A stretch of DNA of 64,000 nt from Syntrophorhabdaceae bacterium. Lineage in GTDB: Bacteria > Desulfobacterota > Syntrophorhabdia > Syntrophorhabdales > Syntrophorhabdaceae. Shown piece after piece: positions 20,231-30,186 of this stretch. Below the pieces are notes generated by a model that saw only the letters and a program-made list of their open reading frames with translations, ran no database searches and was not told the DNA's origin. The DNA is taken from assembly GCA_963666485.2 (NCBI GenBank), contig CAXXUO010000004.1, forward strand, positions 96,001 to 160,000. Direction: 5' to 3'. Both the position numbers and the translations under genes were made by a program. Every line of letters begins with the position of its first letter. Positions within the stretch are counted from its first letter, which is position 1.

Positions 20231-21505
20231 TTATTGTTTTTCAGCCCAGCAGAAAAAATTAATACCCCGGGTGCCTTTTTCCCTGTATCTCATTTCCCCC
20301 CGATACATTGCCATAGCCAGTACTCCATTGATCTTTGAATGTATTGCCTTAAGGGATCGTGACTTCCAGAGCCTTGTCTTCATTTCCGCCAGGGGAAAAT
20401 TCTTAAAATTGAATTTTTCTGCAATGTAAATGAACATGAACCTGGGGTCGCAATTGAATTCATTATATTGCTTAATCCTGAACCCAACGGGTTCCAGGTA
20501 TTTTTCGATCTGAGGTCTTCCAATCAAATTCTGCGTGTACAGTTTCCGATATTCAAAGAAGGTTTTCTTTCCTCCAAACATCTTGTAAATGTGGAACGGA
20601 AACCACTTCTTATAATACAGTTCCGTAAAACCGCTAAAGAAAGCATTGCCGCCCTTGGTCAATATATACTGGAACGCCTGAAAGATCTTTTCCGTTTCAG
20701 GGCTGTCAAAATCATCGATGCTGTGGATCATTACGATCGTCCTATAGGTCCCGTGCTTCAAGGTCTGCGGAACCTTCAGGTCAAAATAGACGAACTCCTT
20801 GTGCGGCAAACGGTCCTGAAATTGCCTGCAATGATCGAAGCAGTATTCCGTGCCGGTCGTAAAACTGTAATTCAGGTAGCATATTGAACTGGCGCCTTCT
20901 CCCACGGCAATCTCGATAGAGGGGTCAACTATTTTCATGCTGCGAAAAAATTCACTGTCAAGATACTGTCTGAAATATTCGGTCAGAAGCGAAGGCCATC
21001 GAGGCTCGGTTAAATCGAAGATCGATTCGTAGAATCTGCAGAAATCCGCTTTATCGAAATCGACGTTTCGAAAAGACAACAGCTCGGGTAAAAACAATAG
21101 CCATGTAAGAATTCGGGTTACTATCCAGAGCAACATTCCGACGGCCGGCCTGTAAACGTCGGCCAGATACTTCCTTATAAGGGGAGGGACAATTCTCTTC
21201 CGCCGGGAAAGAACATACTGCATCCCATTTGACCGGGGATCGGAATTGTTGCTTGAAGAAAAATAGAGAGTATCTTCCCAATGTGAATATCGTCCATTTC
21301 CGTCGTTCACGATCTCCGAATGAAATGAATGCCCCGGGCCTATTTCAGAACTGTCTTCGAACAATTTCCAGGAAGAATGACGAGCATGACCGGAATCATC
21401 TCCCTCAGACTTCGAGAGGGGAAGACGTACTGTATACAAATTGCCGGAGACATGGTATACACCGGCAGGTTGAATCCTTATCTCTTTGTTTATGATATTC
21501 GTCAA
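20231..21505 (-). CDS. SHW..LYFS module fused to a divergent methyltransferase-like domain
   Basis: N-terminal shared module; SIEIAVGEG, HSIDDF, ILTKGG resemble class I MTase motifs. Confidence 0.55.
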   Translation of the reverse strand: MTNIINKEIRIQPAGVYHVSGNLYTVRLPLSKSEGDDSGHARHSSWKLFEDSSEIGPGHSFHSEIVNDGNGRYSHWEDTLYFSSSNNSDPRSNGMQYVLSRRKRIVPPLIRKYLADVYRPAVGMLLWIVTRILTWLLFLPELLSFRNVDFDKADFCRFYESIFDLTEPRWPSLLTEYFRQYLDSEFFRSMKIVDPSIEIAVGEGASSICYLNYSFTTGTEYCFDHCRQFQDRLPHKEFVYFDLKVPQTLKHGTYRTIVMIHSIDDFDSPETEKIFQAFQYILTKGGNAFFSGFTELYYKKWFPFHIYKMFGGKKTFFEYRKLYTQNLIGRPQIEKYLEPVGFRIKQYNEFNCDPRFMFIYIAEKFNFKNFPLAEMKTRLWKSRSLKAIHSKINGVLAMAMYRGEMRYREKGTRGINFFCWAEKQ

Positions 21506-21562
21506 TTTCTAGAACAAACCCGGCAGTTGATATTTTACGAAACGAAGGCGTGGGTTTTAATG

Positions 21563-22807
21563 TTACTGTCTTCTTATATCGCCCCATTTTGCATCGCCTT
21601 CATACGCATATGGCACCGGGGCGCGCCATGAATAACGCCGCTTTACGAAAAACTTGCGGCATCGTCTCTCCAGGGCGATAATATCACCTTCTTTTCTGAT
21701 CAGTGTGTCCCGGGTAATTCCGAGTGTAAGCCAATATTCACCTGCGCCGAGGAGGAGTTCGTCTGTAGAAATCTCAAACGTGCCTTCCCCGGCCAGGCCA
21801 TCAAAAATAAGTCCCTGTTCATTGCCGTCAGAGCCGGTGATCCAAATACCTTCAGAACTCTCTATTCTATACAAAGGCATGATATCCTGTTTTGGGCTGC
21901 TGCCTTTCCATGAAAAACGGAGTCTGAAGGGCTCTCCCTGCATGAACGTCGTCTTCTCGATTCCATCGTGATCACATGTCTTTATGTCGTAAATCTCTAT
22001 CTCGCCGGTACCTTCACGGTATGACGCGCTGTGAAGAGCATTTTGCAGTTCCTGTTCCGGCTCTTCCGCTTGAGTCCCGTGGATCAATTGCTGCACATAT
22101 TTTTCATAGGCCATGCATACGCCCATTGATACGTCGTAAAACTTCACCTTGCCTTCATGTATCCACAATGCCCGCTGGCAGATACGTTTGACAAGGTCGA
22201 GTGTATGCGAAACAAAAAGAACTGTGGTGCCGCTCCTGCAAATATCGTAGATCCTTTCAAGACATTTGCTGACAAAGTAGGAGTCGCCGGCTGCAAGCGC
22301 CTCATCCAGAATGAAGATATCGGGTTCAATGCTCATTGCTGTTGAAAACGTCAATCTCGCCTGCATCCCGCTTGAATATGTTTTGAAGGGCCTGTCGATA
22401 ACGCTGCGTAACTCGCTAAAATCAATAATGGACTCTACCTTTTTGTCAATTTCGTCACGACTCATCCCGAGGCACATGCCGCCCATATATATATTTTCCC
22501 GTCCTGTATATTCGCTGTGAAATCCGGATCCCAGTTCAAGGATAGCGGATATCTTGCCATCTATATGAACATTACCGGATGTTTTATCGAGAGTGCCTGC
22601 CAATATCTTCAGGAGAGTACTCTTGCCGGCTCCGTTAGGGCCTATGATCCCTACCACCTCGCCTCTTTTTACCTCAAACGAAACATCCTGCAATGCCCAG
22701 AACTGCTCATGAAACGGCTTTCCGGTCACAAGTTCTTTGAACATGTCTTTGGGCTTGTTGTAAATCTTGTACATTTTTGAAAGGTTCTCGACCTTGATAG
22801 CACTCAT
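21563..22807 (-). CDS. wzt: Polysaccharide ABC exporter ATP-binding subunit with C-terminal carbohydrate-binding domain
   Basis: [33 protein letters not shown]; about 170-aa C-terminal extension. Confidence 0.9.
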   Translation of the reverse strand: MSAIKVENLSKMYKIYNKPKDMFKELVTGKPFHEQFWALQDVSFEVKRGEVVGIIGPNGAGKSTLLKILAGTLDKTSGNVHIDGKISAILELGSGFHSEYTGRENIYMGGMCLGMSRDEIDKKVESIIDFSELRSVIDRPFKTYSSGMQARLTFSTAMSIEPDIFILDEALAAGDSYFVSKCLERIYDICRSGTTVLFVSHTLDLVKRICQRALWIHEGKVKFYDVSMGVCMAYEKYVQQLIHGTQAEEPEQELQNALHSASYREGTGEIEIYDIKTCDHDGIEKTTFMQGEPFRLRFSWKGSSPKQDIMPLYRIESSEGIWITGSDGNEQGLIFDGLAGEGTFEISTDELLLGAGEYWLTLGITRDTLIRKEGDIIALERRCRKFFVKRRYSWRAPVPYAYEGDAKWGDIRRQ

Positions 22808-22822
22808 AAATACCGTTCCCTG

Positions 22823-24727
22823 TTATTTCCCTGATATGATCTCTTTACGATAAAGGTATTCAAGGATCTTGTCTAGGATTCCGGAAACATCTTCCGATTC
22901 CGTATTTACCACGATCTCCGGATCGAGCGGTTCTTCATAAGGGGATGAGATTCCGGTAAACTCAGATATCTGACCACTGCGGGCCTGTTGATAAAGTCCA
23001 TGGGGGTCCCTTTGCGCACACGTATCGATGCCGCACTGCACATAGATCTCGATAAAACGGGAACCGTCTATAATTGACCTGACGAAGTCCCGGTCTCTCC
23101 GGAAAGGGGAGATGAAGGTGCATAAGACTATGTTCCCTGCTTCGTAAAAAAGTCTCGCCGTTTCACCTGCGCGCCGTATATTTTCACTTCTGTCCCTGTC
23201 GGAGAACCCGAGATCCCCGCATAATCCATGCCTTAAATGATCTCCATCCAAGAGCATCGTCAGGCAATCCATATCAAAGAGCTGTCTTTCCAGGCGTTGC
23301 GCAATTGTTGATTTTCCCGATCCGGAATAACCCGTAAACCAAAGAACAGCCGCTCCGTGATTATTCCGGAATTCACGTTCCACGCGGCTTATATTGCACT
23401 TGTGCCACACGGCATTTGGCGACCTCATCCTAAGGTCTTCCGTACTGGCAGACTCATTGATAATCTCTCCCAGTGAACGGGAAGCGCCACGGATGACCCC
23501 GGCAGCCACCGTATTGTTGCTCAAGGCGTCTATAAGAATAAAACTGCCCGTTGCCCTGTTCGTTTTGTAATTATCGAAAAACACGGGTTGGGAGGTGCGG
23601 ACCTGCACTCTGCCGATCTCATTGAGACCAAATGTGTCCGCCGCCTCGCGATGCAGGGTGTTCATATCGATCTTATAAGTGATGCTGTCGATAAATGCCT
23701 TTACAGACCGGGTGGTGTGTTTTAGGATATACGGTTTATCACCGGACAGGGGTGTTTCATCCATCCAGCATATCGTGGCGTCGAATTTATTGCTGATGAC
23801 AGGGACGTTATTTTTCCGGACGATCATGTCGCCGCGGCTGACGTCGACCTCGTCCTCCAGGGTCATCACGACAGATTGTGGGCAAAACGCCTCGGGCAGT
23901 TCGCCGTCATATGTCACGATCCGCTTGACGCGGGTGGTGCGGGCCGAAGGCAGGACGATCACCTCCTCGCCCGGCGAAACAGTGCCGGAGACGATCTTCC
24001 CCGCAAATCCGCGAAAATCAAGATGGGGCCGAATAACGTACTGGACGGGAAACCGGAAATCTATAAGGTTCCTGTCGGCTGAAACATGGATGTTCTCCAG
24101 GTAATGCAGCAAGGTCACATCATCATACCACGGCATATTGCCGCTTTTTTCAACGACGTTGTCACCCCTCAGGGCAGAAACAGGGATGAAGACGATGTCG
24201 TGGACGTCAAGCTTTTCCGAGAACTCGCCATACTCCTCCACTATCCCATTGAACACATCCTCGGAATAATCGACAAGATCCATCTTGTTGACGGCCACCA
24301 GGATCCTCGGTATCTGCAGGAGCGATGCGATGAACCCGTGGCGCTTCGACTGGGTCAGCACCCCATTTCTGGCATCGATAAGGATAATGGCGCAATCGGC
24401 TGTCGACGCGCCTGTCACCATATTGCGCGTATATTGAACATGTCCCGGCGTATCGGCTATGATGAACTTTCTTTTCGCCGTCTCAAAATAGCGGTATGCG
24501 ACATCGATAGTGATCCCCTGCTCCCGCTCCGCGGACAGTCCGTCGAGCAGTAACGCCAGGTCTACGTCTGCCAGGCCCTTGCGTTCCGATGTCTTCTGTA
24601 TGGCGGCATACTGGTCTTCATAGATGGATTTCGTTTCATACAGCAGGCGCCCGATAAGGGTGGATTTCCCGTCATCGACGCTGCCCGTCGTCGTAAAACG
24701 CAATATTGACTTTTCCCCGCCAGGCAC
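22823..24727 (-). CDS. cysNC: Bifunctional sulfate adenylyltransferase subunit 1 / APS kinase (NodQ-like)
   Basis: TTGSVDDGKSTLIGRL, DTPGH, NKMD; second domain WFTGYSGSGKST, LDGD, FTGISSPYE. Confidence 0.95.
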   Translation of the reverse strand: MPGGEKSILRFTTTGSVDDGKSTLIGRLLYETKSIYEDQYAAIQKTSERKGLADVDLALLLDGLSAEREQGITIDVAYRYFETAKRKFIIADTPGHVQYTRNMVTGASTADCAIILIDARNGVLTQSKRHGFIASLLQIPRILVAVNKMDLVDYSEDVFNGIVEEYGEFSEKLDVHDIVFIPVSALRGDNVVEKSGNMPWYDDVTLLHYLENIHVSADRNLIDFRFPVQYVIRPHLDFRGFAGKIVSGTVSPGEEVIVLPSARTTRVKRIVTYDGELPEAFCPQSVVMTLEDEVDVSRGDMIVRKNNVPVISNKFDATICWMDETPLSGDKPYILKHTTRSVKAFIDSITYKIDMNTLHREAADTFGLNEIGRVQVRTSQPVFFDNYKTNRATGSFILIDALSNNTVAAGVIRGASRSLGEIINESASTEDLRMRSPNAVWHKCNISRVEREFRNNHGAAVLWFTGYSGSGKSTIAQRLERQLFDMDCLTMLLDGDHLRHGLCGDLGFSDRDRSENIRRAGETARLFYEAGNIVLCTFISPFRRDRDFVRSIIDGSRFIEIYVQCGIDTCAQRDPHGLYQQARSGQISEFTGISSPYEEPLDPEIVVNTESEDVSGILDKILEYLYRKEIISGK

Positions 24728-25683
24728 TAGAAGTAGCCTTCCTTCTTCTTCTGTTCCATCGATGAGTCGCTCGTCAGGTCAATGATGCGGTTTTCGCGTT
24801 CTGACTTGCGGGCACGCCTCACCTCGCCAATGATACCGTCTATTGTCGTCGATCCCGATTCGATCGCACCCGTGCACGGAATACATCCGAGGCTCCGGAA
24901 ACGGCTCATGACAATTTCGACCTCTTCGCTATCAGTTCCCTCGCCCTGCCCGTCACCCCCTGGCGTCCCCTTCCCCCCTGGGCCATTCACGGTTGAACAG
25001 GAAGACACCGGGATCAGGATCCCCTTTCTTCGGATCACGGGCCTTTCCTGTGCGTAATAGATGGGCACTATAGGTATGTTCTCGAGTTTTATATATTGCC
25101 ACACATCCTGTTCCGTCCAGTTGCTTAAAGGAAAGACGCGGACGGTCTCACCCTCATTTATGCACGTATTGAACAGGTCCCAGACCTCGGGCCGCTGGTT
25201 CTTGGGGTCCCATTGTCCATGCGGATCTCTAAGAGAAAAGACCCTCTCTTTTGCCCTTGATTTCTCTTCGTCCCTTCGTGCCCCGCCAAACGCGGCGTCA
25301 AAACCATGCTTCCTGATGGCGTCGAGCAGCGCCCCCGTCTTAAGGTAGCTGCAGCATTTGTCGACCCCTATCTTCAACGGATGGCATCCGTTCTCGATCA
25401 TCTCCTCGTTGCGTTCCACTATCAGCCTGGCCCCGATCTCCCGGCAGAAGCGGTCCCGGAATTCGTACATCTCCGGGAACTTGAAGCCGGTGTCTACGTG
25501 CATCAACGGAAAGGGGAATTTCCCCGGATAAAAAGCCTTCTGGGCAAGCCTGACCATAACGCTCGAGTCTTTTCCCACGGAATAAAGCATGACGGGATTC
25601 TGAAATTCGGCAACAACTTCCCGCATTATATGTATGGATTCGGATTCGAGCTGCCTGAGAAAAGAGATGGTGTAAGAACTCAT
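24727..25683 (-). CDS. cysD: Sulfate adenylyltransferase subunit 2
   Basis: [46 protein letters not shown]. Confidence 0.96.
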   Translation of the reverse strand: MSSYTISFLRQLESESIHIMREVVAEFQNPVMLYSVGKDSSVMVRLAQKAFYPGKFPFPLMHVDTGFKFPEMYEFRDRFCREIGARLIVERNEEMIENGCHPLKIGVDKCCSYLKTGALLDAIRKHGFDAAFGGARRDEEKSRAKERVFSLRDPHGQWDPKNQRPEVWDLFNTCINEGETVRVFPLSNWTEQDVWQYIKLENIPIVPIYYAQERPVIRRKGILIPVSSCSTVNGPGGKGTPGGDGQGEGTDSEEVEIVMSRFRSLGCIPCTGAIESGSTTIDGIIGEVRRARKSERENRIIDLTSDSSMEQKKKEGYF

Positions 25684-26537
25684 CAGCTGATCTCGCCGCT
25701 TATGTATGCTTTTGTTCTTTCATCTTTTGGATCGTTCAGGAATTGAACTGCGGGACCGTATTCAACCAATTCTCCCATGTAGAGAAAGACAATATAGTCG
25801 GCGATCCTTTTTGCCTGCCGGAGAATATGGGTCACGACAATTATCGTGTATTTCTGTTTCAGCAATCTGAACTGCGCCTCGACGAGCTTCGCCGAGATGG
25901 GATCCAGCGCAGACGTCGGTTCGTCGGCGAGAATGATCTCCGGCTCGATGGCGAGCACGCGGGCGAGTGCCAGTCTCTGCTGCTGGCCGATGGAAAGCTT
26001 CGAAGCAGGCGCGTGCAGCCTGTCCTTCACCTCTTCCCAGAGTCCTGCCAACCTCAGGTAATACTCTACGAGGAGATTCATTTCCCGCTCTTTGTTCCCT
26101 TTTTTGATTGTTTCTTTCTTTTCAAAGAAACCGTCAAAAACATGGTTGAATTTTTCTTTCTCCGATATCTTTTCGAAGATGTTGCCACCGTTGATCTTAT
26201 GGATGCGCGGCCCGAAGGCTATGTTGTCATATATGGACATGGGTAAGGGGTACGGCCTCTGGGGCAGGAACCCCACCCTCTTCCTGAGGTCTATAACATC
26301 GGTCCCGCTCCCGTAGATATCGGTCCCGTCTATATATATGTCCCCCGTCACCCTGACATCCTCGTTCAACTCAAGAAGCCTGTTCATACTCTTGAGAAGC
26401 GTGGTTTTTCCGCACCCGGATGGCCCGATAATAGCGATTATCTGTTTTTCCGGAATATCAAGGATGATGTTTTGGAGGACCTGGTGGCTCCCGTAGGACA
26501 CCGTCAAGCCGTCCACATGGATTGTTGACATGAACAA
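25683..26537 (-). CDS. pstB: PstB-like ABC ATPase
   Basis: [36 protein letters not shown]. Confidence 0.85.
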   Translation of the reverse strand: MFMSTIHVDGLTVSYGSHQVLQNIILDIPEKQIIAIIGPSGCGKTTLLKSMNRLLELNEDVRVTGDIYIDGTDIYGSGTDVIDLRKRVGFLPQRPYPLPMSIYDNIAFGPRIHKINGGNIFEKISEKEKFNHVFDGFFEKKETIKKGNKEREMNLLVEYYLRLAGLWEEVKDRLHAPASKLSIGQQQRLALARVLAIEPEIILADEPTSALDPISAKLVEAQFRLLKQKYTIIVVTHILRQAKRIADYIVFLYMGELVEYGPAVQFLNDPKDERTKAYISGEIS

Positions 26538-26540
26538 GCC

Positions 26541-27389
26541 TTATCGAATGAGGTGCTTCGAAAATCTCCAGCCCAGAAAACGGGATACGATACTCACAAG
26601 CAATACGATCATGAGAAGTATAAGCGCCGAAGCGAAGGCCCTTTCCTGGACCTCCGGTACAGGGGTGCCGGCCTGGAAGAACACGGCAAGCGGCAGTGAC
26701 GCGACGGGATCCAGCAAAGACCCCGGTATCTCATCCGTGTACCCGGCGGTAAATAGTATCGATGCGGCATCGCCGATGCCGCGTCCGAACGCCAAAATCA
26801 CCGCGGTGCAGATCCCGGGGAATGCCTGCCTGAATATCACTGAAAAGGTCGTTTCCAACCGGGTAGTGCCGAGGGCGTACGATACCTCCTTTAGCTCGAA
26901 AGGGACCATACGGATCGCCTCTTCCATGGACCTGATCATAATGGGCAGCATAAGAAGCGTCAGCACAATTATCCCGCCCAACAGCGAAGCACGCAGCCCG
27001 AAATAGACCATAACAACGAATCCGAAAGCGCCATAGACGATCGAGGGCGTTCCCCAGAGTATATCGAGTATCAAACGCGTATAATCCCCGAAAATCCTGT
27101 GCGTGTACTCCTTCTGCAGGGCAAGCGCCACGGGGAGGCTGATCATTATCGCGATGATCAAAGAGCCCGACACAAGCAGGAATGAACCGACGATCGCGTT
27201 TGCGATTCCCCCTTCCCTTCCCAGGTAATAACCTCCCTTCGGAGTGCTGAAGATCATGGAGAGGTTCATGGCCGAAAATCCTTTAGCGGCAATGACCATG
27301 ACGATACCGACCAGGGACAAAAGGACAACTGTCACCGAAGCGATCATCAACGCTTTGAATATGTTTTCTTCCAGATTCCTTGAATTCAC
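26541..27389 (-). CDS. pstA: PstA-like ABC permease
   Basis: GGIANAIVGS, PSIVYG, EVSYALG EAA-like loop. Confidence 0.85.
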   Translation of the reverse strand: MNSRNLEENIFKALMIASVTVVLLSLVGIVMVIAAKGFSAMNLSMIFSTPKGGYYLGREGGIANAIVGSFLLVSGSLIIAIMISLPVALALQKEYTHRIFGDYTRLILDILWGTPSIVYGAFGFVVMVYFGLRASLLGGIIVLTLLMLPIMIRSMEEAIRMVPFELKEVSYALGTTRLETTFSVIFRQAFPGICTAVILAFGRGIGDAASILFTAGYTDEIPGSLLDPVASLPLAVFFQAGTPVPEVQERAFASALILLMIVLLVSIVSRFLGWRFSKHLIR

Positions 27390-28307
27390 TCAGTCTCCGG
27401 AAACACTAAGCCTCAATAGGGTAAAATGCGCCGTAACGCTGAAACCGGCGACGATCAGGAGCAGTATGAGCGCTGCGAGCATCAAGGCGGAATCGTACAG
27501 TGGGATCGACATGACCTCCCCGTAATTATTTGCGATCAAGGCAGGTAACGGGTATGCGGCATCGAAAATGGACGACGGTACCTGCGGAACGTTTCCGACA
27601 ACCATCAATACGGCCATGGTCTCGCCGAAGGCCCGCGCAAACCCGAGGACCACCGCGGCAATGAGCCCTCTTCTGGACTTTCGCAGCACAACATATTTCA
27701 CCGTCTCCCACCTCGTTGCCCCCAGGGCCAGTGCAGATTCACGTACCTGTGCGGGTACCATCCTCAGCACCTCCAGAGAAACAGAGATAACGAACGGGAC
27801 GACCATAACCGCCAGAATGATCCCGCCCGACAACAGGCTGTATCCGGTTGTGTCCATCCCCAGCAATTCGCCGATCTTGCCGACAAACGGCACTACTACC
27901 AGAATTCCGCAAAGTCCGTAGATAACGGAAGGTATTCCGGCCAGTATGTCGATGATGAGATGTGCGAATTCGCGAAAATGCCTGTGAGCATACTCTGACA
28001 GGTAAATAGTGCTCAAAAGACAGATCGGCATCGAGATGACCATGGCAAGCAGTGTGACCTCGACCGTGCTCACGATAAAGGGAAAAAGTCCGAATTGATT
28101 GTTGAGCGGATGCCATGACGAAGACAGCAAGAGACGTGCCAGGGACGTCCCGGATATGATCGGTAACGATTTAAGCAACAAACCAAAAAGAATTATGAAA
28201 AACACTACACTGACAAATATCAGGCTGCAGCGCATTCCAAGGCTGGCGACGAAGTCCTTGGACCGTCTGATGCGAAGCCAGCCTTTCATACCGCCATTAC
28301 CGGCCAA
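27390..28307 (-). CDS. pstC: PstC-like ABC permease
   Basis: LAGIPSVIYG, RESALALGATRWE, ARAFGETMAVLMVVGN. Confidence 0.88.
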   Translation of the reverse strand: MAGNGGMKGWLRIRRSKDFVASLGMRCSLIFVSVVFFIILFGLLLKSLPIISGTSLARLLLSSSWHPLNNQFGLFPFIVSTVEVTLLAMVISMPICLLSTIYLSEYAHRHFREFAHLIIDILAGIPSVIYGLCGILVVVPFVGKIGELLGMDTTGYSLLSGGIILAVMVVPFVISVSLEVLRMVPAQVRESALALGATRWETVKYVVLRKSRRGLIAAVVLGFARAFGETMAVLMVVGNVPQVPSSIFDAAYPLPALIANNYGEVMSIPLYDSALMLAALILLLIVAGFSVTAHFTLLRLSVSGD

Positions 28308-29298
28308 GCTTTTTCAATGCCTCTCTGGCCTGGCCTTGCTTTATCTTCAGATACCCAACCTCATCGACGTACCGCTGCCCATCGGATAGGATCCATTTCA
28401 CGAAATCCATTGCAGGGCCCTGGAACTGCCCTTTTGTGACGAGATAAAGATCCCGTGCAGGAGGCGAAGGATAGACTCCCGAATTGACCGCCTCTATGGC
28501 CTCGTGCTTATTCCTGAGCCTTTCCTGGGGATCGATCTTGCCGTTCTCGTTCACATCGATCGGGACCACCTGGAGTCCAGGGACCGGTTTGCCGGTTTTC
28601 ATGTCAAAGGCATAGTTAAGATTGTTGAACCCAATCGCGTTCTTGTCTTTTCTTACAGCTTCGGCGACACCCGGATCGCCGTACACGGCGACACCCTTAA
28701 GGTCCTCCTGGTTCTTTCCAAAGTATTTCGCCCAGGTTTCCGCGGCACCACATGAATCGGACCTGGTGTAGACCCTGACCTTTTGATGGGCCGATGTTCC
28801 TGCAAGTTCTCCCCAGGTCATGGACCGTCCGGATATCCACAGATCCACAAGTGTCTTCTTTCGTATTCCTTTTTCCAGTATCTGCGGAAGAACAGGATTA
28901 TCTTGATTTATAGTGGGGAAAACCGCGTCTTTCACGACGGCGACGGAGAAGACGCCCCGTTTCGCCTCCTCGGGCCTGATCTCGCGGGAAACCATTCCAA
29001 TATCGACGAATCCGTTCGTGGCATCCACGATACCCTTTCCGGCCCCTCCAGCCGAAACGTCTATCCGGACCTTCGGATAGATTTTCTTATACTCTTCGGC
29101 CCATTTGACCATCATGGGATAGAGGGCCCATGCTCCCGAAACTCTGATCGTCCCTTGCACCAGGCCAATTTGTGCTGCTTTGCCCTGTCTTTGTTGCCCC
29201 CCTTCAGACGCGTTGACAACAGACAACCCCAGGAAGAACAGAAAAAGTCCACATAGGATGATCAAACAACGTTTTGTGCCTTGATATCGCGTGCGCAT
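28297..29298 (-). CDS. pstS: PstS-family periplasmic oxyanion-binding protein with an atypical binding site
   Basis: Likely start ATG at 29298 (MRTRY...) followed by a signal/TM segment; SGAWALYP, GGAGKG, DIGMVSR, RSDSCGA, YP..RDLY. Confidence 0.8.
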   Translation of the reverse strand: MRTRYQGTKRCLIILCGLFLFFLGLSVVNASEGGQQRQGKAAQIGLVQGTIRVSGAWALYPMMVKWAEEYKKIYPKVRIDVSAGGAGKGIVDATNGFVDIGMVSREIRPEEAKRGVFSVAVVKDAVFPTINQDNPVLPQILEKGIRKKTLVDLWISGRSMTWGELAGTSAHQKVRVYTRSDSCGAAETWAKYFGKNQEDLKGVAVYGDPGVAEAVRKDKNAIGFNNLNYAFDMKTGKPVPGLQVVPIDVNENGKIDPQERLRNKHEAIEAVNSGVYPSPPARDLYLVTKGQFQGPAMDFVKWILSDGQRYVDEVGYLKIKQGQAREALKKLGR

Positions 29299-29327
29299 TG
29301 AACCCTCTTTTCCGGCCCGGAACACTG

Positions 29328-30176
29328 CTACAGAACGTTCCCAAACATGACCTTCAGCTTTCGGAATATCCGGTACCCAACATAGAACGTTCCTACGCTG
29401 AGACAGATATAGACAACCCAGGCCCACCAATGTTCAAATCGGCCGAAATAGAATATATCCTGATAGCACCAGGCGAGATAGCTAAAAGGATTGAGATACA
29501 AAAGGGGGCGAAAGATTGCCGGTACCTGGTCGGGTAAATAAAAGATCGGCATGATATACATGCCCAGCAAACAGAAAACTTGTGTGAAGTCTTTGAGGTC
29601 GCGAAAATAGGTCCCGATCGAGGAAAGGACATACGACATGCCGATCATGCCCAGGACCTGGAAAAAGACCGGCACCGGGATAAGTACGTATGTCCACAGA
29701 AGCCCCTTGTGAGTGATAAGAACATACAGGATCAAAAATACTGTCAGTATGATCTGGGTGACGAGTGATGATATGACAGTCTTGATAGGAAGGACCTCTA
29801 CGGGAAAAATGACCTGCTTTACAAGATTCGAGTTTCCCGTTATTGATGTCGTGGACTTCATCATGGTTTCCTGGAATGCCATCCAGGGGATGAGGGCGCA
29901 TAATAAATAGGTCGTGTAATCCAGGGGAAGTTTATATGTCCCCCCGATCTTCATCTTGAAAACGTAGGCAAAAATGAAAACATAAACGGCGATAAGCGCG
30001 AGGGGATGCCCTACCGCCCAGAAAAGTCCGAATAATTGCCCGGCATACCGTTCCGATATCTCCCTCTTCGACATTTCCCATGTCAGTTGGCGATGCCGCG
30101 TCAGGAGACTTAATATTTCCTGAATAGCGGCAAAATGATTCTTTACATTAAATACTTTGCTGATAAGCACTTTCAT
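29328..30176 (-). CDS. wzm: Polysaccharide ABC exporter permease
   Basis: REISERYAGQLFGLFW, NLVKQVIFP, FRDL, PIFY, LNP. Confidence 0.9.
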   Translation of the reverse strand: MKVLISKVFNVKNHFAAIQEILSLLTRHRQLTWEMSKREISERYAGQLFGLFWAVGHPLALIAVYVFIFAYVFKMKIGGTYKLPLDYTTYLLCALIPWMAFQETMMKSTTSITGNSNLVKQVIFPVEVLPIKTVISSLVTQIILTVFLILYVLITHKGLLWTYVLIPVPVFFQVLGMIGMSYVLSSIGTYFRDLKDFTQVFCLLGMYIMPIFYLPDQVPAIFRPLLYLNPFSYLAWCYQDIFYFGRFEHWWAWVVYICLSVGTFYVGYRIFRKLKVMFGNVL

Positions 30177-30186
30177 GGATCACTCT

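Noticed and set aside
29299..29430. N-terminal extensions in the ORF track (pstS, wbpA-like, FAD oxidase, ilvD, EF-hand, amidohydrolase)
   Set aside because: They overlap upstream genes, repeats or intergenic DNA; downstream starts with RBS-like sequences or family-typical N-termini fit better
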